A stretch of 64,000 nt of DNA from Candidatus Latescibacterota bacterium (lineage in GTDB: Bacteria; Latescibacterota; UBA2968). The stretch is from NCBI GenBank assembly GCA_965198115.1, contig OZ240241.1:2368001-2432000 (forward strand), read 5' to 3'. Shown here piece after piece: positions 50,136 through 58,897 of the stretch (its first letter is position 1; every line of letters begins with the position of its first letter). The notes beneath the pieces are model-generated. The model did no database searches. It worked only from the letters and a program-made list of their open reading frames with translations, and had not been told where the DNA came from. Made by a program: the position numbers and the translations under genes.

Positions 50136-53100
50136 TTACTCGGTATACTCTGTGGGGATGGTGACGGTGAATGTGGAGCCTTTACCCACCTCGCTCTCCA
50201 AGGTGATCGAACCTCCGAGCAACTCCGCGAACTTCTTGGTAATCGACAGCCCCAACCCTGTACCCTTCTGCACGCTGCTCTCCGACCCTTCGGCCTGACG
50301 GTATTCGTCGAAGATGGTTGGGAGTTCGTCGGCGGGAATGCCCTTACCAGTGTCAGAGACGGAAATGATCAGTTCGCTGGCCGTCGAACTGTCGGCGGTT
50401 GGCGGTGAGCTGTCGGCGGAGCCATCGCGCTCGGTTTCCGTGTCCCCGAGTGTGCCGGCCGGTGGCCGGGATGTAACGAGGGGCGCCAGATTCGCGCGAA
50501 CCACTACTTCTCCCGAATCCGTGAACTTGATCGCATTGGACAGGAGGTTAATGACCATCTGTTGCAGCCGCGCCTTATCAGTGTTCGCTTCGCCGATGTC
50601 GACGGCCACGTCCTGGCGGAGCTCAACGCCCTCCTGGATCAGAGGGCTGACGGTGTCGCACGCCGACGTGACCAGTTCCCCCACATCGAACCGCTCGGGG
50701 TTCACGTCCATCCTGCCTGCCTCAATTTTCGACAGGTCGAGCAGGTCGTTGATCATCGCGAGCAGGTGGTCGGATGCCTGATCGACCTTCTCCAGGTTCT
50801 CGCGCTGCCTGTCGGGAATCTCACGACCGATCCGTCGAAGCACCACGTTCGTAAAGCCCTTGATGGCGTTCATCGGCGTGCGCAGTTCGTGCGACATTGA
50901 CGCGAGGAAGGCCGACTTGCGCTCGGTCGCTTCCTGTATCTCGCGGATGTCGAGGTAACGGGCGTAGCCGAGGGCGACGGCGTCGGCGAATTCACGTAGC
51001 GTGGCGATCTCGTCGTCGTTGAAGCGTTCCCGACCTGACGCAATCAGCCTGAGCCGCCCATAACTTCCTGCCGGGACTTCAAGGATTGTCGTGTCCTCTT
51101 CAACAACCGCCTGCCAGGGCTCCCCGGCGATGAAACGTTCGACAGTTTGACGAATCACACCGGGGAACGGTGCAGCAACGGCAAAGGCTTCTACGGCGAC
51201 GTGGCCTGTCGTGTCGAGCGTGTAAGTCGCGTATTTGAATCCGTTCTCCTCAAACAGCTCTATCGTCGGATTCTCGACCGGCTCATCCAGCACGTCGATT
51301 TCGCAGCCATCGAAGGTGAGTTCCACCGTCTTCAGGCTCTCGGTCAGCAGCGACAGGATGCGCTCGAAATCGCTCGCCTCGTCCATCGACTGCACTTCAG
51401 CACGTAGACGCTGGACGGATGCCTCAACAGCGAGTCGACGGTTCTGTGCTTCCTTCTGCTGTAGCTCCTTGTGGCGCGAATGGGCGTATCCAAACACGTC
51501 GCCGAAACGGTTGATGAGCATCACGTATTCTTCGGCGATCGGCTCTTCAGACGCCACGTGGACATAGCCACCACAGAAAAAGGCCATAAATCAACCTTCT
51601 TCGGCCACTGGTCTTCAGGAACTGCCCCCCAACGAAGATACCCGCGCTTGGCATTGTCCCGGATGCTATCTCTGAGTGCATCATCCTCCAGGTGAAAATG
51701 GTAGTACTCTTTACCCCTCAGACGAGCTTGCGTTGGCGGAGAGTTTTCAGGGGGACGTCGGACCATCTTGTACGGCTTCCGAGCACGACCCGTTTCATCT
51801 GTAGACCATACCTCCATTTTGGTATCTGACACGTGGATGGTGATGGACGAGTCCACCAGATTTAGCCCAAGCCCAGTCAACTCATGACAAACCGCCTCCA
51901 CCATGGGACCAATGTCCTCGCTCGACTGCATCCCCTGCGCCTGACCCCGCAGCCGCTCCAGCACCTGCTCGCGCTGGAGGTCCACGTTGACCTGGAACAG
52001 TTCGTTGTTGGCGGACGAGAGAGCATCCACCGAATCCTGTAGCTTTCGCTTGCCCTGCACGACGCGGGCGGACTGGAAGAGCACGGCGATGATGAGCAGG
52101 AGTCCAGGACCCGCCACGACGGGGTCACGCCACCACGGGGCCTCGACGACAAACGAGTGAACGGCGGGTGTCGGGTCTACGTTGAGTTCGTCATCGGCAG
52201 CGCGTACTTCAATGCGGTGCTTCCCCGACGATAGAGATGTGAGGGTGACACCATCTCGGGTCGTCCAGGGTGACCAGTTGCCAGCGTCCAGACGGTGCTG
52301 GTAACGAACCTCCTCTTGCGGGGTGACGTCCCAGAGGTCGCGGCCGGACCACGTCAACTGGGTGTTGCCAGAGGAACCAACCTCGGCCGGGGTGACTTGG
52401 AAGCGGGTCTCGGGGGCGTCTTGGTCCGTTGTCAGACTGCCCGTCAGGCCCGCCCCCGTCGTGTAGCCCAAGCGTCCGTCCCGTTCCAGCCAAAGGTGTT
52501 CCACCACGCCAGGCCAGATACCGTCTTCCTCTGTGTAACTAGCCCAGAGTTCCGTTCGAGGGTCAAAGTGGCTGATGCCGTTGTCAGTGGCGACCCAGAC
52601 CGTTCCGTCCGAGTCGGGGAGAACCTCTTCTGAGAATTCACCGGCCAGACCATCGCGCATCCTGTAGGTTCGCCAAGCTGCCTGCCCTGAACCGGCATCC
52701 GACTTGTATCGCGAGACACCCAAGCCGCCGGCAATGCCTCCGTATGTGCACCACAAGTCCGAACCTGAAACCCGAAACCCCCTTGCCTTATTGCCCGGAA
52801 ATCCCTCCTCATAGCTCGACCAGGTGCCGGTGAACCAGCTGATGCCGTTGAGCGTGCCTGCCCAGATGGTGCCGTCCGGTGACTGTCCGAAGCCGTAAAA
52901 TGCGGTTGTGGAGAAGTCCATCGGCAGTCGTGTAACGGGTCCACGTAGATCCATCGAAGTGCATCACGCCGTCGCTGACCAGGACTGCTCCCGGCTTGGG
53001 CCAATTATTGGTGCCGAACCAAATGTCTCCGCTCGCTTCAACGAGAGGAGAATGGAGTCGCTCGGCATCAACACCGGGGTCCAGAACCTGCCACGACTTT

Positions 53101-54572
53101 CCATCGTAGCGGCTGGCCGCCGCCCTCCCGTCCCGGCTGCCGGCCACCCAGAAAGTGCCGTCAGCCGGCCGATAGACCACCCCAACTTTTCCTTTGCCAC
53201 TGATAGCTGGTGCAATCGACAGGCGCTGGAGACCGATGTCCGATGCTGTGTGGGTTTCCCACCGACCTGCCACGTATCTGCACCATCCTCTTGATTGAGC
53301 CGCGAGGAACCATACGGAGCCGTCGTCAGTGGCTGTCATCGCCACGTAGGGCGGGTCGAGCAGTCCTTCCATGGGTCCGTAGAGCACCCAGTTCCGGCCG
53401 TCGTAGCGAACCGGACCGTTGTCGGTCACGAACCACGTAGAACCATCCGGTGTGCCATGACCGCCTTTCAACGAACGACTTAAATGGAATCGCGTTCGGA
53501 GATGCTCCCCAACCCGAATCCGGTGTGCGAGAGGTCTTCTCCACGGGAATAGCCACACCGAGCCGCTGCGGCCTACCCGGACGAAGACGCTACCACTTTG
53601 CTTTAGGGCCGAATCCACGGCACGCCAGCCCTCGCCAGTAAAGGTCACAATGTCGCCGTTGCGACTGGCCGACCAGATCCGCCTGTCCGGCGTCTCCCAG
53701 ATAGAGACGTGGACTGCATCCGTGAGGCCATCTGCAGGCCGGTATACAGTCCATCTATCATCCTTATACCGAACGATGGCCGGGACGTCCCAGGCGGTGG
53801 CCCAAACCGACCCATCTGACGTTTGAACGACCTCGACGTAGCTGAGACCCGGAAGGCCTTGCTCCAGACCGAGTACCGTCCATTCGCCTTCACGATAGCG
53901 TAGCAGCCCCTGCCCAAATGAGGCAATCCAGAGGGACCCGTCTGTCGCCTCGGTCAGAGACCTCACAGCGAGCGTATCCGTCGGGGTCTCCACCACAGAC
54001 CATCTGCGTCCGTCAAATTTACTCAGACCCCCGGCACCCCCTTGAAGGGACCGGAATCCTGCCCACAGACCTCTCTCCCCCGACAGCTTGAGACTTCGCC
54101 CCGAGATGAAATCGTCCGGCAGACCGTCCTTCACGGTGTAGGTGCGGACACTGTCGGCCAGCATCCGAGTGATGCCACCACCGAGTGTCCCGAACCACAT
54201 TGCGCCGTCTGGCGTCTGGGTGATGGTGCGAATCGGACTGGTTTGGGACGGGTCACGAGTGTGGTCGGCACCCAGGCCAGCACCCAGGCCATCTTCGCTG
54301 GTGAAGATCCGGTAGTGCGTGCCGTCGTATCGGACGGCTCCCGCGTCCGATGCAAACCACATATTGCCTTCACGGTCTTCAAAGATATCGCGGACCGGAC
54401 TTGGCAGGTTGAACTCGGTCCATCGCCAGGTTTCGGACAGCGGTTCGGGCTGTGGTGCGACTGTGAGGGTGTCCAGGGCGTAGGCCGGGACCGTCAGCAG
54501 CAGGCAGACTCCTACACGCAGAGCGCTACGGAGTCCAGAGAGGATGGAGGTAGGGATGCACATTGTGACCAA
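50136..54572 (-). CDS. Large sensor histidine kinase (Reg_prop beta-propellers, Y_Y_Y-like, TM, GAF-like, HisKA, HATPase_c); frameshifts ~52900 and ~51590
   Basis: DxxGxxWF/GL repeats; H-box FLASMSHELRTPMNAI, NLLSNAIKFT, DTGKG, GTGLGL; three ORFs overlap at homopolymer runs. Confidence 0.9.
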
Positions 54573-54856
54573 GATGTGGTTCTATCGATGAGCGTGCAAG
54601 CAAGGCTGATTGGGGCGAATAAGCCAGCGACAGCTTCACAGAACGAGATCACAACGGTAGAACGTTGAGGATTTGCAGTCGAGGGAGATACCTGAATGAT
54701 CTGTTCAGGCATCGGAAAGGACGTAGAGGATCAACCTGTTGATTTTCCTAGGACTTCGTATTCGCCCCCTCACGGCACGGTGTTTGCCCTTGACACAGGT
54801 GGTTGAATTCACCCACTGGGTGAGCTACTTTACTGCAAGTCAGGAGAGGACGGAGA

Positions 54857-55144
54857 ATGGCCGAAGAACTTGGAACGAAAGACGTACTCGAGCAGGTTCA
54901 CACCCGCTTGGGGACGCTCGAACAGGACGTGAGAGCGCTGGATACTAAATTCGATGCTCGTTTCGACCGTCTCATCGCTACGATGGACGCACGCTTTGTC
55001 GTCGTCGGCACTGAGATCCGAGAGTTGCGTTCGGACGTAAACGGTCGGCTCGACAAGACGGTCCGCTGGCTCATCGGACTCTTCTTTGCGGGTTGGTTGT
55101 CCCTGGTTGGTGCGATGGCCTCCATCTGGCTCAAGCTTCCGTAG
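54857..55144 (+). CDS. Small coiled-coil protein with C-terminal TM helix (DUF1640-like)
   Basis: Heptad repeats ..DARFD..MDARF.. followed by WLIGLFFAGWLSL. Confidence 0.7.
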   Translation: MAEELGTKDVLEQVHTRLGTLEQDVRALDTKFDARFDRLIATMDARFVVVGTEIRELRSDVNGRLDKTVRWLIGLFFAGWLSLVGAMASIWLKLP

Positions 55145-55409
55145 TACGCTTTAGCCCACAGGATTTGTCCCACCTGCCAGCCACCCAACTTCCATCCGCA
55201 TCGAAGCCGCCAATCAACTCAGTCTCCTCCTCGCTTAGCCATCCGCCCCTCGATACTCCACGAGAACCGCTTCCCAGACGAATCCACCATTGTTGCCCCT
55301 CATGATGCGCCCTATCTTGATCGCTGTCGGATCCATGTCATCCGGAAATCGGGGCGATGAGCTTTGACGCCACCGTTCCCTGCCCTCCTTCTCCCGAAAG
55401 ATGTAAAGC

Positions 55410-56285
55410 ATGCCGCCTATCATTCCTGATCCAACGCACAAGCTGTCGGCTGAACAGCAGTACGAGTTCGACGTCAACGGCTATATCATCCTGAGGAATC
55501 ACTACGATGCGGACACCGTGGCGCAACTTCACGAAGGTATCGACGAACTGCAGGCCATTCCCGTCGACTACGAAACCTACAGGAAGATAGGCGTCGCCAG
55601 CTACTATCTCGCACCAGCGATGAAGGATCCGGCACACGACTTCTGGAACGGCAAACACCCGGAAGCCAGCCAGGAGACTGGAGGCGTCTGGAAGGTTGAA
55701 CACGCGATCTGCGGCACGGACAAATTCGACGTCATTGTACGCGATCCCATCCTCGAGGACATCCACTCAGCCCTCGCCTGGAGCACCCTATTCATCTCCG
55801 CCACCTACTACATCGAGAAGATCGGGCCTGCTCCACCCGGCGGGCTCCACAACGGCGGCTCACCCCCCGACAGACACATCTACTACGCCTACGATCGGGC
55901 GAATCAACAATTCAATTGCTGCAGCACAAAAAGCGTCGTCATTCTTTCCGACATGTCAAAAGTCGAGAACGGCCCTTTCGCAGCCGTACCGGGCAGCCAC
56001 AAGGCGAACTTCGCTTTTCCCTTCGACAAGTCAGATCCCGCGAAGAATCCAATGGCTGTGCCCGTTCTTGCGGAGCCCGGGGATGTGATCATTTTCAGCG
56101 AGGGCATGACACACGGCGCCTATGCCGTGACCAACAACACGGTTCGCCGGTCCGTCTTTTTCTGCTACATGCCCTCCATCAACCGCGACAACCTGCCGCA
56201 CCAGCGCATGTCCATGTATCCCGATCACGTGCTCGATCGTCTCAGCGACATGTCGCACATCCTGACATCTTCCGGATATATCTGA
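55410..56285 (+). CDS. PhyH-fold protein (HNG motif)
   Basis: EQQYEFDVNGY, GLHNGG, GPFAAVPGSHK, PGDVIIFSEGMTHG, RRSVFFCY. Confidence 0.88.
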   Translation: MPPIIPDPTHKLSAEQQYEFDVNGYIILRNHYDADTVAQLHEGIDELQAIPVDYETYRKIGVASYYLAPAMKDPAHDFWNGKHPEASQETGGVWKVEHAICGTDKFDVIVRDPILEDIHSALAWSTLFISATYYIEKIGPAPPGGLHNGGSPPDRHIYYAYDRANQQFNCCSTKSVVILSDMSKVENGPFAAVPGSHKANFAFPFDKSDPAKNPMAVPVLAEPGDVIIFSEGMTHGAYAVTNNTVRRSVFFCYMPSINRDNLPHQRMSMYPDHVLDRLSDMSHILTSSGYI

Positions 56286-56445
56286 TTGTTCCCGGGGACG
56301 GCGCCGTAGCGGCTGCTGGCGCTTCAGGCAGAAAGAGTTCTCTGAGTTTTGCGCTGGAAGAACCTCGAGGTTTCTTCGCTGACAAAGGAAGGGCAGAATT
56401 ACCAATTTAGAAAGGGAAATATCCGGTTAACAAAGCACATTTGAC

Positions 56446-56619
56446 CTAATGGCACACATCAGAACGGTGGTCTTTCGTCCTTCTTTGGGCCGGCCGCCGT
56501 TTTTTTGCCTTCCGCTTCTTCGGCTTGAACCTCGGGGGCGGCTCAGTCGTCAATGCCGTCCGCAATACCTCCACGGGGTCCAGTTCCTGCTTGTCCTTGT
56601 CCTTGTCCTTCTTCTTCAC
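56446..56619 (-). CDS. 57-aa basic small protein inside IS1595
   Basis: GTG with GGTAGG RBS; MKKKDKDKDKQELDPVEVLRTALTTEPPPRFKPKKRKAKKRR... Confidence 0.5.
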   Translation of the reverse strand: MKKKDKDKDKQELDPVEVLRTALTTEPPPRFKPKKRKAKKRRPAQRRTKDHRSDVCH

Positions 56620-56644
56620 TACCTACCCCCGCTCACGGGAAAAG

Positions 56645-56674
56645 TTGACATGAATACAGACATGGTGTTATACT
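56645..56674 (+). promoter_or_regulatory. Near-consensus sigma70 promoter upstream of the HTH ORF and tRNA
   Basis: TTGACA-18 nt-TATACT with extended -10 TG. Confidence 0.65.
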
Positions 56675-56760
56675 CTGGTCAGAGGCTATTCTACAACTCA
56701 ACTCCCCTCTCACATCCCGTAGTCTATTCCGTTCCATGTCCTCACATTTTGAGGTGGACC

Positions 56761-57234
56761 ATGCCTGACGATCCTTTCCTTGAAACTATGCGGGCAGAAG
56801 AGCGCAAGCTGCTTAAACGAGCTGCGATTCTGCGCAAAACCATCTTGGAATATGAAATCGAGAGCAACGGCGAAGCGACGGAACAAAAGGCGCCAACCAA
56901 AAAGCTCAGAGTCCAGCGGCTGAAGAAGCGACAGCTGCCCAAACCATCGGGTTTGAAATCCGTCGATGGTAAACGGACCCTCAGTCCCCTAACCGCTGGA
57001 ATCCTTGCGGCTCTTGAAGAACTGGAACACCCGTCGGCTCTCGCGGTCATTTACGAGGTGCTCAAGAGAAAAGGCGTCTCGATGCTCGGTGACACTGACT
57101 CGGAGAAGCGCGCCAAACTGGCGTCAAGACTCTCGAATCTGAAATATCAGAAAACGCATGTCTATAGGACGGACAAGAAATTGTGGGGCCTCGAAGCGTG
57201 GCGCCACAACGAAAACGGCCCCTCAAACCGATAG
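56761..57234 (+). CDS. Coiled-coil plus winged-helix (HARE-HTH-like) protein, IS passenger
   Basis: GAGGTGG RBS; ILAALEELEHP....IYEVLKRKG....LASRLS......YRTDKKLWGLEAW. Confidence 0.65.
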   Translation: MPDDPFLETMRAEERKLLKRAAILRKTILEYEIESNGEATEQKAPTKKLRVQRLKKRQLPKPSGLKSVDGKRTLSPLTAGILAALEELEHPSALAVIYEVLKRKGVSMLGDTDSEKRAKLASRLSNLKYQKTHVYRTDKKLWGLEAWRHNENGPSNR

Positions 57235-57265
57235 CGCGGTTCAGGAGCCGTTTTCAAACCAGAGC

Positions 57266-57341
57266 GGGAGGGTCGTCTAACTGGTTAGGATAGTCGGGTT
57301 TGCACCGACTGGACTGGGTTCGAGTCCTGGCCCTCCCGCCA
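57266..57341 (+). tRNA. Non-canonical tRNA, anticodon UUG (Gln-like), encoded CCA
   Basis: GGGAGGG/CCCTCCC acceptor, GTCT-AACTGGTTA-GGAT D arm, GTCGG-GTTTGCA-CCGAC anticodon arm, CTGGG-TTCGAGT-CCTGG T arm, GCCA; atypical G32, C37 and A48. Confidence 0.8.
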
Positions 57342-57551
57342 AACACCAACCCTACACGCGAACTGAGAAGCCCACGTAGACATAGAATAACTATCGTGTC
57401 AATCAAAGTCAAGAAAGGATAACCGCCAATGAAATAAAGTACTTATAAAACATGCACTTAGAATCTGAGAATGACGCCCGGCGATCACCTTGAACCCGTC
57501 GCGTGAAGTGAGACGGAACTAAGTCTCAGCTTGAAAGGAGGGTGGTGCCCT

Positions 57552-57662
57552 ATGGCTTGCCGTAAGGTGCGTTCTGGCACGCGGCGTGGCCGGAGGACCG
57601 TCCGGGTTGATGGCCACACGCGTAGGAAGCCCAAGCCCATTCCCGGCCGTAGGTGCCGGTAG
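57552..57662 (+). CDS. 36-aa Arg-rich micropeptide
   Basis: AAAGGAGG RBS; MACRKVRSGTRRGRRTVRVDGHTRRKPKPIPGRRCR. Confidence 0.55.
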   Translation: MACRKVRSGTRRGRRTVRVDGHTRRKPKPIPGRRCR

Positions 57663-57714
57663 TGTAGGCCCGTAGGACAATTCCTGCCGGGCGCCATTCT
57701 CAAAAAAGAGTGAA

Positions 57715-57854
57715 GCACCACCCGGACTGCGTAACCACAACCCTTTCCGATAGGAGGACGACATGAAACACCGGTGTCGTTCACCACCCAGGGTCGTTCG
57801 TTGTAGTCTGAGACACCCGTCAATGTGATCCCTGACAAATGCAGCGGGTGGTGC
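57715..57854. ncRNA. Putative structured RNA domain
   Basis: Closed by a perfect 10-bp helix gcaccacccg/cgggtggtgc, with nested ggactgc/gtagtct, accct/agggt, gacgaca/tgtcgtt and gtca/tgac pairings. Confidence 0.4.
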
Positions 57855-57883
57855 GTCACTTCTTTTTCTTCTTCCTCCGTTTC

Positions 57884-58822
57884 TTAGGCCGCCGCTTTAG
57901 GTCTTGCAAGCATCAGCCTCTTGCCCTCGGATTGCGCAATCGCCAGATCGCGACGCGCACCATCGGAGAGCTTGCGCGTGTTCCACCGGAACGTGGCCTC
58001 GGCCAGATACCGGTGCATGTGGTGACGGCTGTACGAATGATGGATGCCATAGTGCCCGCGTTTGACGAGCGAGATAAAGCACTCGGCTAAGTTCGTCGTG
58101 ACCTTCAGGCCGTCCAACGCTTCGCGCACGTACTGTCCGTCCTTGTGTCGTATGACTTCGTGGCGCTGGCGCTGACTGACCTTTCGATAACCGGACCATT
58201 CGTCGGTAACGACCGTCGCGTCCTTGCGAACGTGACGCTTGATGTTCTCCGTGAGTGTCCTTTGGTCTACCCTGTCAACGTGAGTGGCAACGGCGCGTCC
58301 ATCACGCTCAACGAGGACGGCAACAGGGGACTTCAGTGTATTACGACCGAAGCGCGATTTGTCACCCGTCTTCTGGCTTTGGTGTAGGTTCTTCGCATTG
58401 GCGCCGATGTAGGCTTCATCGCCCTCAACAACACCGCCTAAGTTTCCCACTGTCTGATTCATCGCCCACCTGACACGATGCGCCAAGTGTAGCGCCGTCT
58501 CGTATGATCCCAACCCCAACTCCCTCTGGAGCTGTTTGGCGGAAACGCCCTTCTTGCTACTGCTCATAAGATGAAAGGCCGTCGCCCACTTGCGCAGAGA
58601 AATTTTTGACCGCTCCATTACCGTGTTGACTGTGACCGTGTAACTCTGGCGACAGTCGCCGTTGTTGCACTGAATTAAGCCGGGACGGTGGCTCTTGCCC
58701 TGTAAGCGTGTGAAGTTCATACTGCCACAGTGAGGGCACACCGGGCCATCCGGCCATCTGATTCTCTCAAAGTGCGCTCGGGCTTCTTCTTCGGTCATGC
58801 TGGCGATCTCAAGCAGGGTCAT
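57884..58822 (-). CDS. IS1595-family transposase
   Basis: RWPDGPVCPHC zinc ribbon, KKGVSAKQLQRELG, VEGDEAYIG, TDEWSGY, TTNLAE, RYLAE..FRWN. Confidence 0.95.
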   Translation of the reverse strand: MTLLEIASMTEEEARAHFERIRWPDGPVCPHCGSMNFTRLQGKSHRPGLIQCNNGDCRQSYTVTVNTVMERSKISLRKWATAFHLMSSSKKGVSAKQLQRELGLGSYETALHLAHRVRWAMNQTVGNLGGVVEGDEAYIGANAKNLHQSQKTGDKSRFGRNTLKSPVAVLVERDGRAVATHVDRVDQRTLTENIKRHVRKDATVVTDEWSGYRKVSQRQRHEVIRHKDGQYVREALDGLKVTTNLAECFISLVKRGHYGIHHSYSRHHMHRYLAEATFRWNTRKLSDGARRDLAIAQSEGKRLMLARPKAAA

Positions 58823-58868
58823 TGGTCAGTCTCCGGTTTCGGCGCCTTATTTCTCTGTAACTAACTCT

Positions 58869-58897
58869 AAGATAACTAATTAACCCTGCTTTGTCAA
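58869..58897 (-). promoter_or_regulatory. Transposase promoter with -35 inside the IR
   Basis: TTGACA-17 nt-TATCTT on the minus strand. Confidence 0.55.

Noticed and set aside
33860-50360. Kinase-tail repeats as DGR template/variable repeats or integron attC sites
   Set aside because: No reverse transcriptase or tyrosine integrase in the window; differences are mostly synonymous and not adenine-specific; repeats are coding-derived, variable in length and not attC-like palindromes.
56449-56760. N-terminal 104 aa of the listed 261-aa ORF
   Set aside because: Spans a promoter and an opposite-strand small ORF; the RBS-supported start is ATG 56761.
57485-57859. 124-aa minus-strand ORF downstream of the IS1595 transposase
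   Set aside because: No recognisable motifs; overlaps a better-supported plus-strand small ORF and strong RNA pairings. Treated as a shadow ORF, though not excluded.
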